A stretch of 61,214 bases of DNA, taken from Promethearchaeota archaeon. GTDB lineage: Archaea; Asgardarchaeota; Lokiarchaeia; Sigyniarchaeales; SOKP01. Each line of letters begins with the position of its first letter. The first letter of the stretch is position 1. The translations under genes were made by a program, and so were the position numbers. A model generated the notes under the pieces. The model was not told the DNA's origin. It made no database searches and was given only the letters and a program-made list of their open reading frames with translations. Positions 10,233 to 19,983 of the stretch are shown in pieces. The stretch lies in NCBI GenBank assembly GCA_048937405.1, contig JBHLNF010000016.1, positions 1-61,214 of the forward strand, written 5' to 3'.

Positions 10233-10254
10233 AATTTCACTCACTTTCCTAATT

Positions 10255-11121
10255 TCATTTTGTAACTTTTTTATTTTGTGCATCAATACGAATTTGTTCT
10301 ATTCTTTTACTGAATCCTTTACGTTGTTCATTAACAAATTCCCCACATATTATAATACCTTCCTTGTAATCAAAAGTTGCTTGATGGGGGGGCCAATCAA
10401 CCTTAATTTTAATTTGTTTTTGTAACCATTGCAGCATTTCTATCGCATCACCTAATTTATTTTTGGATCCATATTGGACAAAACAAGGAGCTAAAACTTC
10501 TATAAAACTAAATCCTTCATTATCAATAGATTTAAAAATACTTTTCTGTAGTCTAAGGGTGTCATATCCAGGCCATCTTGCAACATATGTCGCACCTGCC
10601 GCTGCTGCTAGACTAACCAAATTAAAGGGAGGTTCCACATTTCCATAAGGTGTTGTAGCAGTAATATCACCAATCTGACTTGTAGGAGCTACTTGTCCTC
10701 CAGTCATTCCATATATATTATTATTTACACAGAGAACTGTAATTTCTATATTTCTCCTAGCAGCGTGAATGAAATGATTTCCACCAATCGCAAAAAGATC
10801 TCCATCTCCCGATAGAACTATGACCTTTAATTTTGGGTTAGCTAATTTTATACCAGTTGCAAAAGGTATAGCTCTCCCATGTGTTGTATGGAAAGCAGGT
10901 GCTTTAAAACAGCCACTAGATCGACCAGTACATCCTATGCCAGATACAATAGCATAATCTCTATATGTGAGACCCCTTTCTTTTAAACAACTTGTAATTG
11001 ATGTAATTACAGTTCCAATTAGGCAACCTGGACAAAAAATAAATCGATTTAATTTTAACATTTCACTTAGGGGATGACAAGCTGATTCAGGGGGAATTGA
11101 TATTTGATCTGATGGGGTTAT
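10255..11121 (-). CDS. korB: 2-oxoacid:ferredoxin oxidoreductase beta subunit; proposed ATA start at 11121 (first ATG at 11061)
   Basis: FCPGC, SGIGC, HTTHGRA, SGDGD, NNNIYGMTGGQ. The frame is open 20 codons upstream of the ATG and contains the HPL..L segment typical of KorB N-termini. Confidence 0.88.
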   Translation of the reverse strand: MTPSDQISIPPESACHPLSEMLKLNRFIFCPGCLIGTVITSITSCLKERGLTYRDYAIVSGIGCTGRSSGCFKAPAFHTTHGRAIPFATGIKLANPKLKVIVLSGDGDLFAIGGNHFIHAARRNIEITVLCVNNNIYGMTGGQVAPTSQIGDITATTPYGNVEPPFNLVSLAAAAGATYVARWPGYDTLRLQKSIFKSIDNEGFSFIEVLAPCFVQYGSKNKLGDAIEMLQWLQKQIKIKVDWPPHQATFDYKEGIIICGEFVNEQRKGFSKRIEQIRIDAQNKKVTK

Positions 11122-11124
11122 ATG

Positions 11125-12270
11125 TTACACCTCCTCCATTAACTTTTTATAAATAAATTTTGGACTAAAGGGTATGGTTGTTGGAATTGTAATTCCTGAA
11201 ACAGTAAACAAATGCCTAAATCTCTGAACTTCTCTAATTATCATTCCATTGTTCATTTCACACACAATAACTTTTGAAATTCCCATTTTCCCAATTCTTT
11301 CCATTAATTCATCAGGGAAAGGCCATAGCGTTTTTAATCGTACAAGACCCACTTTATGTCCTTCCTTTCGTACGCGCTCAACGACTTCTGGTATGCCTCT
11401 TGCGTTAATACCATATGCTAAAAGAATAACATCAGCATCATCCAAATATTTTTCCTCCCAATCATTAATATCTGGTCTTGCTTTTATAATCTTTTCACAG
11501 AGGCGTTTAATAAGAGTTTCTGCTGCTTCTGGGGTCATCTGTGGATTCCCTTCACTATCATGAGTTAATCCAGTAACATAAAAAGAATAATCTGTACCTG
11601 CCACTGCCATTCCGGGCACAAGATCATCATCAAGAATCTCAAAAGGTTTATATTCTTCGGGTGGAACTTGAGGCTTTTTACGTCCTATTATCTCAATATT
11701 TGAATGAATATTAACAACTTCCATCATTTGTCCAAGAATTCCATCTGAAGCTACAATTACAGGTACACGATATTTCTCAGATAGATTAAAAGCCCGAATA
11801 GTTAAATCATACATTTCTTGGACTGTAGCTGGTGCTAATACAATTATTTCATAATCACCATGAGACGCATATCTCGTTTGATATACATCAGATTGAGAGG
11901 CATTTGTCGGTTGACCAGTGCTAGGACCTCCTCTCATAATTGTAACGATAACTGTTGGTGCCTCTAACATCACACCTAAACCTATACTTTCAGCCATAAG
12001 TGAAAGTCCAGGTCCAGAAGTTGCTGTCATAGCTTTTTTTCCAGTGTAAGAGGCTCCAAAACAACTTGTAATAGATGCCAGTTCATCCTCCATTTGAACA
12101 AATGTACCATTAACTTCAGGTAGTCTTCTTGACATATATGCTGCAATTTCTGAGGATGGTGTAATAGGGTAACCGGCAAAATAACGACATCCTGCTGTAA
12201 TAGCACCTTCTGCTGAGGCATAATTCCCTGAAGTTAAAATTTTTCTTTCTTGGAAATCTGTTTTACTCAT
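11125..12270 (-). CDS. korA: 2-oxoacid:ferredoxin oxidoreductase alpha subunit
   Basis: GNYASAEGA, AGYPITPSSE, QMEDE, TATSGPG, RGGPSTGQPT, VTGLTHD. Confidence 0.92.
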   Translation of the reverse strand: MSKTDFQERKILTSGNYASAEGAITAGCRYFAGYPITPSSEIAAYMSRRLPEVNGTFVQMEDELASITSCFGASYTGKKAMTATSGPGLSLMAESIGLGVMLEAPTVIVTIMRGGPSTGQPTNASQSDVYQTRYASHGDYEIIVLAPATVQEMYDLTIRAFNLSEKYRVPVIVASDGILGQMMEVVNIHSNIEIIGRKKPQVPPEEYKPFEILDDDLVPGMAVAGTDYSFYVTGLTHDSEGNPQMTPEAAETLIKRLCEKIIKARPDINDWEEKYLDDADVILLAYGINARGIPEVVERVRKEGHKVGLVRLKTLWPFPDELMERIGKMGISKVIVCEMNNGMIIREVQRFRHLFTVSGITIPTTIPFSPKFIYKKLMEEV

Positions 12271-12550
12271 TGTTTATATCCTCTTTTATTTTCGTTTCTA
12301 TAATATATAAACTAACAGTTGGACATAACCGTTCACACTGTCGGCATCCTCCACACTCTTTAGAATTAACTACGATTGCATAGTGAAGCATGCGACTGTT
12401 GAATTTATCTTTACTTATTTCTATTAAATCTTTTGGACAGAATGCCAAACATAATTCACAACCATCACATTGCTCAGAATCTATTAATATCTCATAATTT
12501 TTCTCTTGTGAAGGAGGTGGTAAAATAGGTTTTCGTTTAGATTTTAACAT
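12263..12550 (-). CDS. korD: 2-oxoacid:ferredoxin oxidoreductase delta subunit (ferredoxin)
   Basis: CDGCELCLAFCP and CGGCRQCERLCP; overlaps the korA start. Confidence 0.85.
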   Translation of the reverse strand: MLKSKRKPILPPPSQEKNYEILIDSEQCDGCELCLAFCPKDLIEISKDKFNSRMLHYAIVVNSKECGGCRQCERLCPTVSLYIIETKIKEDINNE

Positions 12551-12742
12551 TTTTTAATCCTCTAAAATACAAACTTTTCTGAATATATTTTATTCTCTTA
12601 TGGATAAAAAAAAATGATTCTCTATTAAATTTGCTTTTTCTAAGTATAAGTGACTCATTAAATAGTTATTCCTTTTTATGAAATTACTTTAATGAGATGT
12701 TTATAGTTAAATCTAATAAAAGTTTACTACAAAAAATATTCA

Positions 12743-13312
12743 TTATGCTTTATTTATTATTTCTTGATAGAGCGCTTGTCCAATTTGATAAGCGTGTATA
12801 TTTATAGCTCTAAACTTTTTTGGCAAATTATTTAGGACTTGAGTAAAATAATCTTCTTTTAAATCAATTTTACCATTCTTTTTGAGATGTTGAGAAAGAA
12901 ATCCTAAAGTAACAATATTAGCACTCTTAGGTAAATTGCTTTCATCAGCTCGTCTTGTAATTGGTACACGGTGGATTTTACCTTCCTTGATAATATCCTC
13001 AGCATTTGCAATTGTATGCTCATCAATAAAGGAGAAGGTGTTTTCATATATACATTCAGCTGCACGTTCGAATCCATTTTGATCTATTGCGAAAAAAATA
13101 TCGGCATCTTTATCGCAAAAAGGATATGAAATAGGTTTAGAATCTAAAATTACATCACAAAAAATAGGACCACCTCTTACAGAAGGTGTATAGTCAACAG
13201 TAAGTGTAGCATAATAATTTCCTACCATTGCAACACGAACTAGTACACTTCCCAAAAATTTTATGCCTTGACCGCCTCTACCTGAAAATCTTATTTTTAA
13301 TTTATCGTTCAT
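12743..13312 (-). CDS. korC: 2-oxoacid:ferredoxin oxidoreductase gamma subunit
   Basis: IRFSGRGGQG, YTPSVRGG, ANIVTLG; directly upstream of korDAB. Confidence 0.85.
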   Translation of the reverse strand: MNDKLKIRFSGRGGQGIKFLGSVLVRVAMVGNYYATLTVDYTPSVRGGPIFCDVILDSKPISYPFCDKDADIFFAIDQNGFERAAECIYENTFSFIDEHTIANAEDIIKEGKIHRVPITRRADESNLPKSANIVTLGFLSQHLKKNGKIDLKEDYFTQVLNNLPKKFRAINIHAYQIGQALYQEIINKA

Positions 13313-13401
13313 GTAGATTATAAAAATTTTTTTTATCTATTATTTTTTTTGGTTTATCCTCAATATATTCTAGTTCACTATCCCTAATTCAAAATTAATA
13401 T

Positions 13402-15978
13402 TTACAGCCCAAATGGTATAGATAGCATAGATATAATTAAGAAATTTAAATGTAAACTGAAAATTAGAGAAATAGAACTAACTATAATTAAATTTTTTGT
13501 CTTAAAATATACATAGGTATAAAATATACTTATGAAAAAGTAGTATATCAATTCTATTAAAACTAAAGGGATATTTCTATATCCCTCTCTTGAACTCATA
13601 AGATAAATCGGGAAAGGGAAAAAAGCAATAGGTAGAAATAGATAAAAAATTAGAATTATCATGTAAATTACACAATTTAATATGATTGCTTTCCATTTTT
13701 TAAATTTACTTGAAAGAAATGGAAAAATTAAAGCCCGGAAGATAAATTCTTGCCAGAAACAAATGGTAAAAACAAACAAAATGATAAAAACATAGAATAT
13801 GTTTATTAGAGGTATTACTTCATAACCAGCATTAAAAATAAAAAAAATAAGAAGGTTAATTAAAAGAACTAAAATGGCAATAATAATACTTAGAATAACC
13901 TTTTTTGTATTTGTGATATCTTCTCCGAATATTGTTGAGTTTAGAAAGTTTTTTATTGACATTTTACCATATGGAATTCCAAAAGATAATTGATTTATAA
14001 AAATCAAAAAAATTATATAAATTATATTTAAAATGAACAAATTAATTGAATAATGTCTGATTAGGGAATTAGAAAATGTAAAATTTATAGGAAATATCAG
14101 GAGATTTGCTAAATAATTTAAATACGTAATTATAAGACTAATCACTAATATTACTATTATCGAAATCCAAGGGCGTAGAGTAAACCAAGTTTGTCTTCCT
14201 TCAAATTGTAAACGAATTTTCCTTTCTTTAACAGGCGATCTTAGTCTTTTTAGTGGAAAAAATCTGATAAAAATAATAAAAACAACAATTATTCCAATAA
14301 CTACAAAAAGTGTTTCAACAGTAACTAAGGAAATTAAATCTTGAAATCCATAACTTATAAAGGAAAAAGTAAGAGTCCATAAATAAATCGAATATCCTGC
14401 TATATATATAAGAATCCATTTAAAATTTTTATTTTCTGGTTTTACATCTTCAATTACGTAATAATTTTTAAGTTTACCAAAAAGATAGATCTTTATCTCA
14501 AACATCACAATCAAAATTAGTAATATTAATGGCAAGGCTAATAATGCTGTACCTAGTGAAATTAAAAAGACATCTTGTCCAAGATACATTAAAGAAGGTG
14601 CTAATACTGTAATTGTTTGAATCAACAACATTAAATACAATTTTGATTTTGCCTGATCTCGTGGTATTATTGGGAGAGCTGCAAATATCGAGGTTCCAGA
14701 TTCTTCAATATTTAAAATACCATGTATAATCATGCCTGAAACAACTAAATTAAATCCTATAATGACAAACATATTTAAAATAAAGTCAATTTCAAAGGGA
14801 TTAATACCTCCTACATTTATACTATTATATGTTAATATAAAAACGAATCCAATTACAATTGGCATTACAAATGATAAGAAACTTTTAAGATTTCGAGTAG
14901 CTATTATAATATCTTTACGGATAAAAGCCCAAACAGGATTTCTAATTTTTAAAATGGTTTGCTTTTTTAATATAGCTGTTTTATTTATATCTGCTTTTTT
15001 ATCTATCTTAAGTTTTGAATATGAAGATTTTTTAATCCCTTTGATTGATTGTTGATATATTAAATACACTAAGATTAAAAAAAGAAAAAATCCAACTAAA
15101 ATATTGAACCAAATATATGTTGGAATATGTTTTGGAGAGATAAAAGTGGAAATGAGATAACCAGGAGCAATCGGATAAGGAATTAAACTCAAGATCAACA
15201 CAATTAGAGTGGGATATTGTGAACTAGCAAATGCATTAAAAAATTCATCAATAGAATTTAATGCCCATTGGATTAGAAATACACTTCCAATTACAATAAT
15301 TATATAACTACTTAAATTACTTAAACGAATAAAATGCGTTTTTTTGTCTCCAATATTATTAATATTTAAAATTCTGTTTAATCTTTCGCTGAAAAGAATT
15401 AATAATGCTAATGAGAAAATTGTGTCCAATGTTGAAACACCAAAACAAATTAAGAAAATAATTATATTTTGGGTTCCAATAAGCATTATAATAGGAAAAG
15501 CAATAGTTATTGCTATTAGTGGAATATCTAAAGTACGAATTATTGTAAGAAAAATTAGTTGTTTTAATTTTGTTCTTGAAATTGGTAAGGTTTCAAACCA
15601 ATCGAATATCCTTCCTGATAAAATCTTCATTGTGCTTAACATAGCCATAAGAAAAAAGTTAAAAAATTGGAAAAGAAAGTATATTCCAAAAAGTACACTA
15701 CCAGCAAATAAAATTCTTTCAATTGGAACGTTACCTTCATTTACAAGTGATAAAACCTCGAAATATGTTAATAATGGAATTATTGGTAAAATTCCAAAGA
15801 GGATTGCTCCAAAGATTTTTGATGCCAAAATCCTTCTTCTAAGCGACTTTTGATTTGATAAAAAACTCGTAAAGTATCTAAACCTAGAAGTTTCTAATTG
15901 CTCAACTTGCTCCTCTACCAATATTTCCTTTGTAGCAATCTTTGAAAGTGAAAAAATACTTAAATTTTGGGCCCTCAT
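13402..15978 (-). CDS. Large polytopic membrane protein: ABC-2-permease-like N-terminal part plus degenerate CPBP/Abi (CAAX protease-like) C-terminal domain
   Basis: Many hydrophobic helices. Twin FETLPIS / FAALPII and FIRKDIIIATRN motifs resemble ABC-2 permeases. FWQEFIFRAL resembles the CPBP EExxFR motif. Confidence 0.6.
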   Translation of the reverse strand: MRAQNLSIFSLSKIATKEILVEEQVEQLETSRFRYFTSFLSNQKSLRRRILASKIFGAILFGILPIIPLLTYFEVLSLVNEGNVPIERILFAGSVLFGIYFLFQFFNFFLMAMLSTMKILSGRIFDWFETLPISRTKLKQLIFLTIIRTLDIPLIAITIAFPIIMLIGTQNIIIFLICFGVSTLDTIFSLALLILFSERLNRILNINNIGDKKTHFIRLSNLSSYIIIVIGSVFLIQWALNSIDEFFNAFASSQYPTLIVLILSLIPYPIAPGYLISTFISPKHIPTYIWFNILVGFFLFLILVYLIYQQSIKGIKKSSYSKLKIDKKADINKTAILKKQTILKIRNPVWAFIRKDIIIATRNLKSFLSFVMPIVIGFVFILTYNSINVGGINPFEIDFILNMFVIIGFNLVVSGMIIHGILNIEESGTSIFAALPIIPRDQAKSKLYLMLLIQTITVLAPSLMYLGQDVFLISLGTALLALPLILLILIVMFEIKIYLFGKLKNYYVIEDVKPENKNFKWILIYIAGYSIYLWTLTFSFISYGFQDLISLVTVETLFVVIGIIVVFIIFIRFFPLKRLRSPVKERKIRLQFEGRQTWFTLRPWISIIVILVISLIITYLNYLANLLIFPINFTFSNSLIRHYSINLFILNIIYIIFLIFINQLSFGIPYGKMSIKNFLNSTIFGEDITNTKKVILSIIIAILVLLINLLIFFIFNAGYEVIPLINIFYVFIILFVFTICFWQEFIFRALIFPFLSSKFKKWKAIILNCVIYMIILIFYLFLPIAFFPFPIYLMSSREGYRNIPLVLIELIYYFFISIFYTYVYFKTKNLIIVSSISLIFSLHLNFLIISMLSIPFGL

Positions 15979-16300
15979 TAAAATTAAATCTAATTTTATT
16001 ATATTCTAAATAAGACTTATTAATAAATATAGAGGCTAAGTAATAATAATCTTATTAGAAATATTTAAAGAAGTAAAATAGAGTGAATTAAAAAAAGTTA
16101 CATCTATTTTTATCAAAATTTTGATTTTTAATGGATATAATGAATATTGAAGATTTAAATAAAGTGATTATTACATTCTTAACAAGAGAATTATTAAATG
16201 TATGTTCTAATTATTATTCTTATATATCATACAATTTATAGATTGAACTTGTTTGATTATCTAAGTAAAGTTCACTATATCAAATATGGAGGTATTGGTT

Positions 16301-16501
16301 TTGGGAAAATATGATGATGAGGATTATGTCTATTGTAATAATTGTGAGGAAGAAATACTCCAAGATAAAGCAATTTATGTAAAAGGAAAACCTTATTGTG
16401 AGAAATGCTATCAAAAGGCTGATGAGTATGGCATCTATGATGAATATGATGACGATGATGATGACGATGATGATGACGACGATGATGATGATGACGATTA
16501 A
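16301..16501 (+). CDS. Small acidic zinc-finger protein (CxxC-x17-CxxC) with poly-Asp tail
   Basis: CNNC...KGKPYCEKCY followed by 17 Asp. The TTG at 16301 follows GGAGGT + 7 nt; alternative ATG at 16286. Confidence 0.7.
   Translation: MGKYDDEDYVYCNNCEEEILQDKAIYVKGKPYCEKCYQKADEYGIYDEYDDDDDDDDDDDDDDDDD
16448..16498 (+). repeat. (GAT/GAC)17 trinucleotide tract encoding poly-Asp
   Basis: Directly visible; mixed GAT/GAC codons end at the TAA. Confidence 0.95.
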
Positions 16502-16676
16502 TCTTCTTTACATAAATTTATAACTCGTAGCTAAAATAATAGTAAAAGTCCTAAAAAAAAATATATTACTAACCAATATTTTAATTAGAAATTCTTTTAA
16601 AAATTGATTTCTTTTAATAATTTTATTTAAATTATTTGTTGAAACTAAATTGTTTCTTAAAAAATTGGAATAAATT

Positions 16677-18353
16677 ATGAATTTTAAGAGTAAGTTTGTT
16701 TTTGTTACAGGCGGTGTTATGAGTGGCATAGGAAAAGGTGTTGCTACTGCTAGTATAGGTAAGGTATTACAATTTCGTGGTTTTAAAGTATCAGTAGTAA
16801 AAATTGATCCTTATTTGAATGTAGATCCCGGAACTTTAAACCCAATCGAGCATGGTGAATGCTTTATTACCGAGGATGTATGGGATTTCAGACCAGTTCC
16901 TGGTTCTGATGAACGATCATATAGAATTTCCGAAATTGATCAGGATTTTGGGACCTATTCAAGGATTTTAGGAATTGAAATGCATCCATCCCATAATATA
17001 ACATCAGGTCAAATTTATCTATCTACAATCCTTAGTGAAAGAAAAGGAAGATTCTTAGGGAAAACAGTTCAAATAATTCCACATGTAACAGATATTATAA
17101 AAGAAAGATTAATGGAAATTGCGGATAAAGAAGATTTAGATGTATTATTAATTGAATGTGGTGGAACGGTGGGTGATTTAGAATCAAGTATATTTTTGGA
17201 AGCGTTTCGTCAATTAAAATTAGAATATCCAAAACGTACTGCATTTGTACATGTTACTCTCATTCCTTATTCAAAAGCTGTAGGGCAGCAAAAGTCAAAA
17301 CCAACTCAACACTCAGTAAAAATGCTTCAAAGTGTAGGATTACAACCTGATATAATAATTGGTAGAAGTGAAAAACCCTTAGATAAAGACATAAAGAGGA
17401 AAATTTCATTGTTTTCTAACGTTCCTGAAAACGCAGTAATCTCAAATCCAGATTTAGAAATAGTTTATGAATTACCATTATTTTTTGAAGAACAAGGATT
17501 AGGGGACTTAATTTGTGAGCTTATTGATTTAAAGGCAAAATTGGTTGCATATAGTGAAGTAACAAATTACTCAGAATGGGTTAAAATGGTTGAATTATTT
17601 AAAAGTACAAAGGAGACTCTAAAGATTGCAATGCCTGGTAAATATTTTAACATATCAGATTCCTATATCTCAATAAATGTGGCTTTAGAAGATGCTGCTG
17701 CTCATCTTGGCTATAAAACAGATTTAAAAATGATTAGCATTGATGAAAAAACAAATATTGCTGAAGAACTAAAAGATTGTAACGGAATTTTGCTTACACC
17801 GGGATTTGGTAAAAGAGCAGTGGAAGGAATGATTAAATCAGCAGAATATGCCATGGAAAATAAGATTCCATTTCTAGGTATTTGTTTTGGAGCTCAATTG
17901 TTTTTTGTGGCCTTTTGTAGAAAATACCTTGGCTTAAAAGGGGCCAATTCTACAGAACTTGACCCTAACACACCATATCCTGTTGTTGATATTTTAGCAA
18001 GTCAGAAAGAAGTAACTGAAAAAGGAGGAACAATGAGATTAGGAGCACAGAAGATCTTAATTGAGAAGAATACACATTTATATGATGCGTATAAACAAGA
18101 ATTCATCTATGAACGATACCGACATAGATTTCATATTCAACAGAGATTTATTAAAGATGAAGCTAAAGAAAAAGGTTTGCGTATATCAAGTACTGATGAA
18201 ACGGGAACTATAATTAATAGTATAGAGTTAGATAGAAAAGATCATTGGATGGTTGGTACCCAATTTCACCCAGAATTTAAAAGTCGACCATATAATCCAT
18301 CTCCACTATATTTAGAATTTATAAAAGCATGTATTAAAAATAAGAAAAAATAA
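16677..18353 (+). CDS. pyrG: CTP synthase
   Basis: FVTGGVMSGIGKG, KIDPYLNVDPGT, GGTVGD, KSKPTQHSV, GICFG, QFHPEF. Confidence 0.97.
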   Translation: MNFKSKFVFVTGGVMSGIGKGVATASIGKVLQFRGFKVSVVKIDPYLNVDPGTLNPIEHGECFITEDVWDFRPVPGSDERSYRISEIDQDFGTYSRILGIEMHPSHNITSGQIYLSTILSERKGRFLGKTVQIIPHVTDIIKERLMEIADKEDLDVLLIECGGTVGDLESSIFLEAFRQLKLEYPKRTAFVHVTLIPYSKAVGQQKSKPTQHSVKMLQSVGLQPDIIIGRSEKPLDKDIKRKISLFSNVPENAVISNPDLEIVYELPLFFEEQGLGDLICELIDLKAKLVAYSEVTNYSEWVKMVELFKSTKETLKIAMPGKYFNISDSYISINVALEDAAAHLGYKTDLKMISIDEKTNIAEELKDCNGILLTPGFGKRAVEGMIKSAEYAMENKIPFLGICFGAQLFFVAFCRKYLGLKGANSTELDPNTPYPVVDILASQKEVTEKGGTMRLGAQKILIEKNTHLYDAYKQEFIYERYRHRFHIQQRFIKDEAKEKGLRISSTDETGTIINSIELDRKDHWMVGTQFHPEFKSRPYNPSPLYLEFIKACIKNKKK

Positions 18354-18415
18354 AATAATTCTCTGAGAATTACCAATACATAAATAAGTTCTTTTGGTTT
18401 AGATTGAATAGGGTA

Positions 18416-19861
18416 TTAATCAATTTCAAGAATCCTTTTTGCAATCTTTTTCTTTTCTTCAAGATCTGCTTGTCGAGTAATCATAATTCTCTGTGCTTGG
18501 GGAGACCCTGCTCCATGCATAGATTCTGTTCTATAACTTACAGAAGCTACACCCATAGTTAAGTTCTCTATAAAACGCAGAACTTTATATCTATCTTCAG
18601 CACAAATATCTTCACACGTAGTTAAATATTTTTCAATTAAATGTCCAACTTCTTCAGAATTCATATCTGCTTCAGAAGGCATGGTGCAGATTATTCCTCC
18701 TGCGAGATCTTCTGCTAGTCTTCCTATTTCGTAAGGAAAGCGTGTAACATTTTGCTTACACACATTAGCTAATAGCATATCCATTTCGTAATTTCCTGCT
18801 TCTCTTTGGAAACCTAAGGAACTGCACGCTATACCACAACTATATAGTGTTTCATTTAAATGTATCATTTCCACAAGCTTATCTTTCACATGAGATGCTT
18901 TTTCAGTACCATTGTATTCGCTAATTAAAGCTGTTGCTCCAATTAACGCATCCCCTACCCCTACTTTACATCCTCCATAGGATTGACGATGAAATCCTGC
19001 AAAACGGTTAACTAATTCTCCTGAAAATTCAATTTCGCCTTTCATGAAAATATTTTCTTTGGGAATAAAAACATCGTCAAAAACTACGAATATTTCTTGG
19101 CCACCATATTTAAAATTTCCAATATCTAATTTCCCTTCCTCCATTTTTCGAGTATCACAAGATTGCCTGCCATATATCATAGTAATTCCCTTTTCGTTAG
19201 TATCCATACCAAAACTTACTGCATATTCTTCTTCACCTTCTCTTAATCTGAGAGTAGGCATAACAATAGCTCTGTGAGAATTAAGAAATCCGGTTTGATG
19301 AACTTTAGCACCTCTAACGATAATACCATCATCATTTTCATCAACAATATGTAAAAATGCATCAGGATCTGGTTGATCTTTTGGTCTTTTGCTTCGATCT
19401 CCTTTAGTATCGGTCATTGCTCCATCTACCATTAGATCCTGTGTTTGAACTTCAATCCAATATTTTTTAAATCTCTCGTGATAATTTGTTTTATATTTTT
19501 TATCCAATTCATAAGTTACGCTATATAAAGCATTCGCTGTATCAAAGCCTACACACCTTTGAAAACAACATGCCGTATGTTGACCTAATAATCTTTGCAT
19601 CTTAACTTTTTTAATTAAATCATCTATAGATTGGTGAATATGTGTAAACCGATTTATTATTTCTCCTGTTAGATGTGATTTTGCTGTCATTAAATCTTTA
19701 AATTCTTCGATTTGTGCTAATTCATAAATCTTCATTACTGAATTAATCGAAGGTTTAATAATTGGATGATTCCAGAATTCTTCAACTTTTTTTCCAAACA
19801 TATATAAATTAACTGGTCTTTTTATGCTTTCTAAATACTCTTCTGGAGTTTTTAATGGCAT
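18416..19861 (-). CDS. abfD: 4-hydroxybutyryl-CoA dehydratase / vinylacetyl-CoA isomerase
   Basis: CFQRCVGFD, GAMTDTKGDRS, HRQSYGGCKVG, ESMHGAGSP. Confidence 0.9.
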   Translation of the reverse strand: MPLKTPEEYLESIKRPVNLYMFGKKVEEFWNHPIIKPSINSVMKIYELAQIEEFKDLMTAKSHLTGEIINRFTHIHQSIDDLIKKVKMQRLLGQHTACCFQRCVGFDTANALYSVTYELDKKYKTNYHERFKKYWIEVQTQDLMVDGAMTDTKGDRSKRPKDQPDPDAFLHIVDENDDGIIVRGAKVHQTGFLNSHRAIVMPTLRLREGEEEYAVSFGMDTNEKGITMIYGRQSCDTRKMEEGKLDIGNFKYGGQEIFVVFDDVFIPKENIFMKGEIEFSGELVNRFAGFHRQSYGGCKVGVGDALIGATALISEYNGTEKASHVKDKLVEMIHLNETLYSCGIACSSLGFQREAGNYEMDMLLANVCKQNVTRFPYEIGRLAEDLAGGIICTMPSEADMNSEEVGHLIEKYLTTCEDICAEDRYKVLRFIENLTMGVASVSYRTESMHGAGSPQAQRIMITRQADLEEKKKIAKRILEID

Positions 19862-19983
19862 TTATTTATCATCATTTATTTTATTTTGTTAATTGATAAA
19901 AATTTGATTAATTATTAAAAATATCTTTAATATAAGTTAAGATCTTACTTCGATCTTTTTTTTTTTGATAAGACTTCTTGTAT

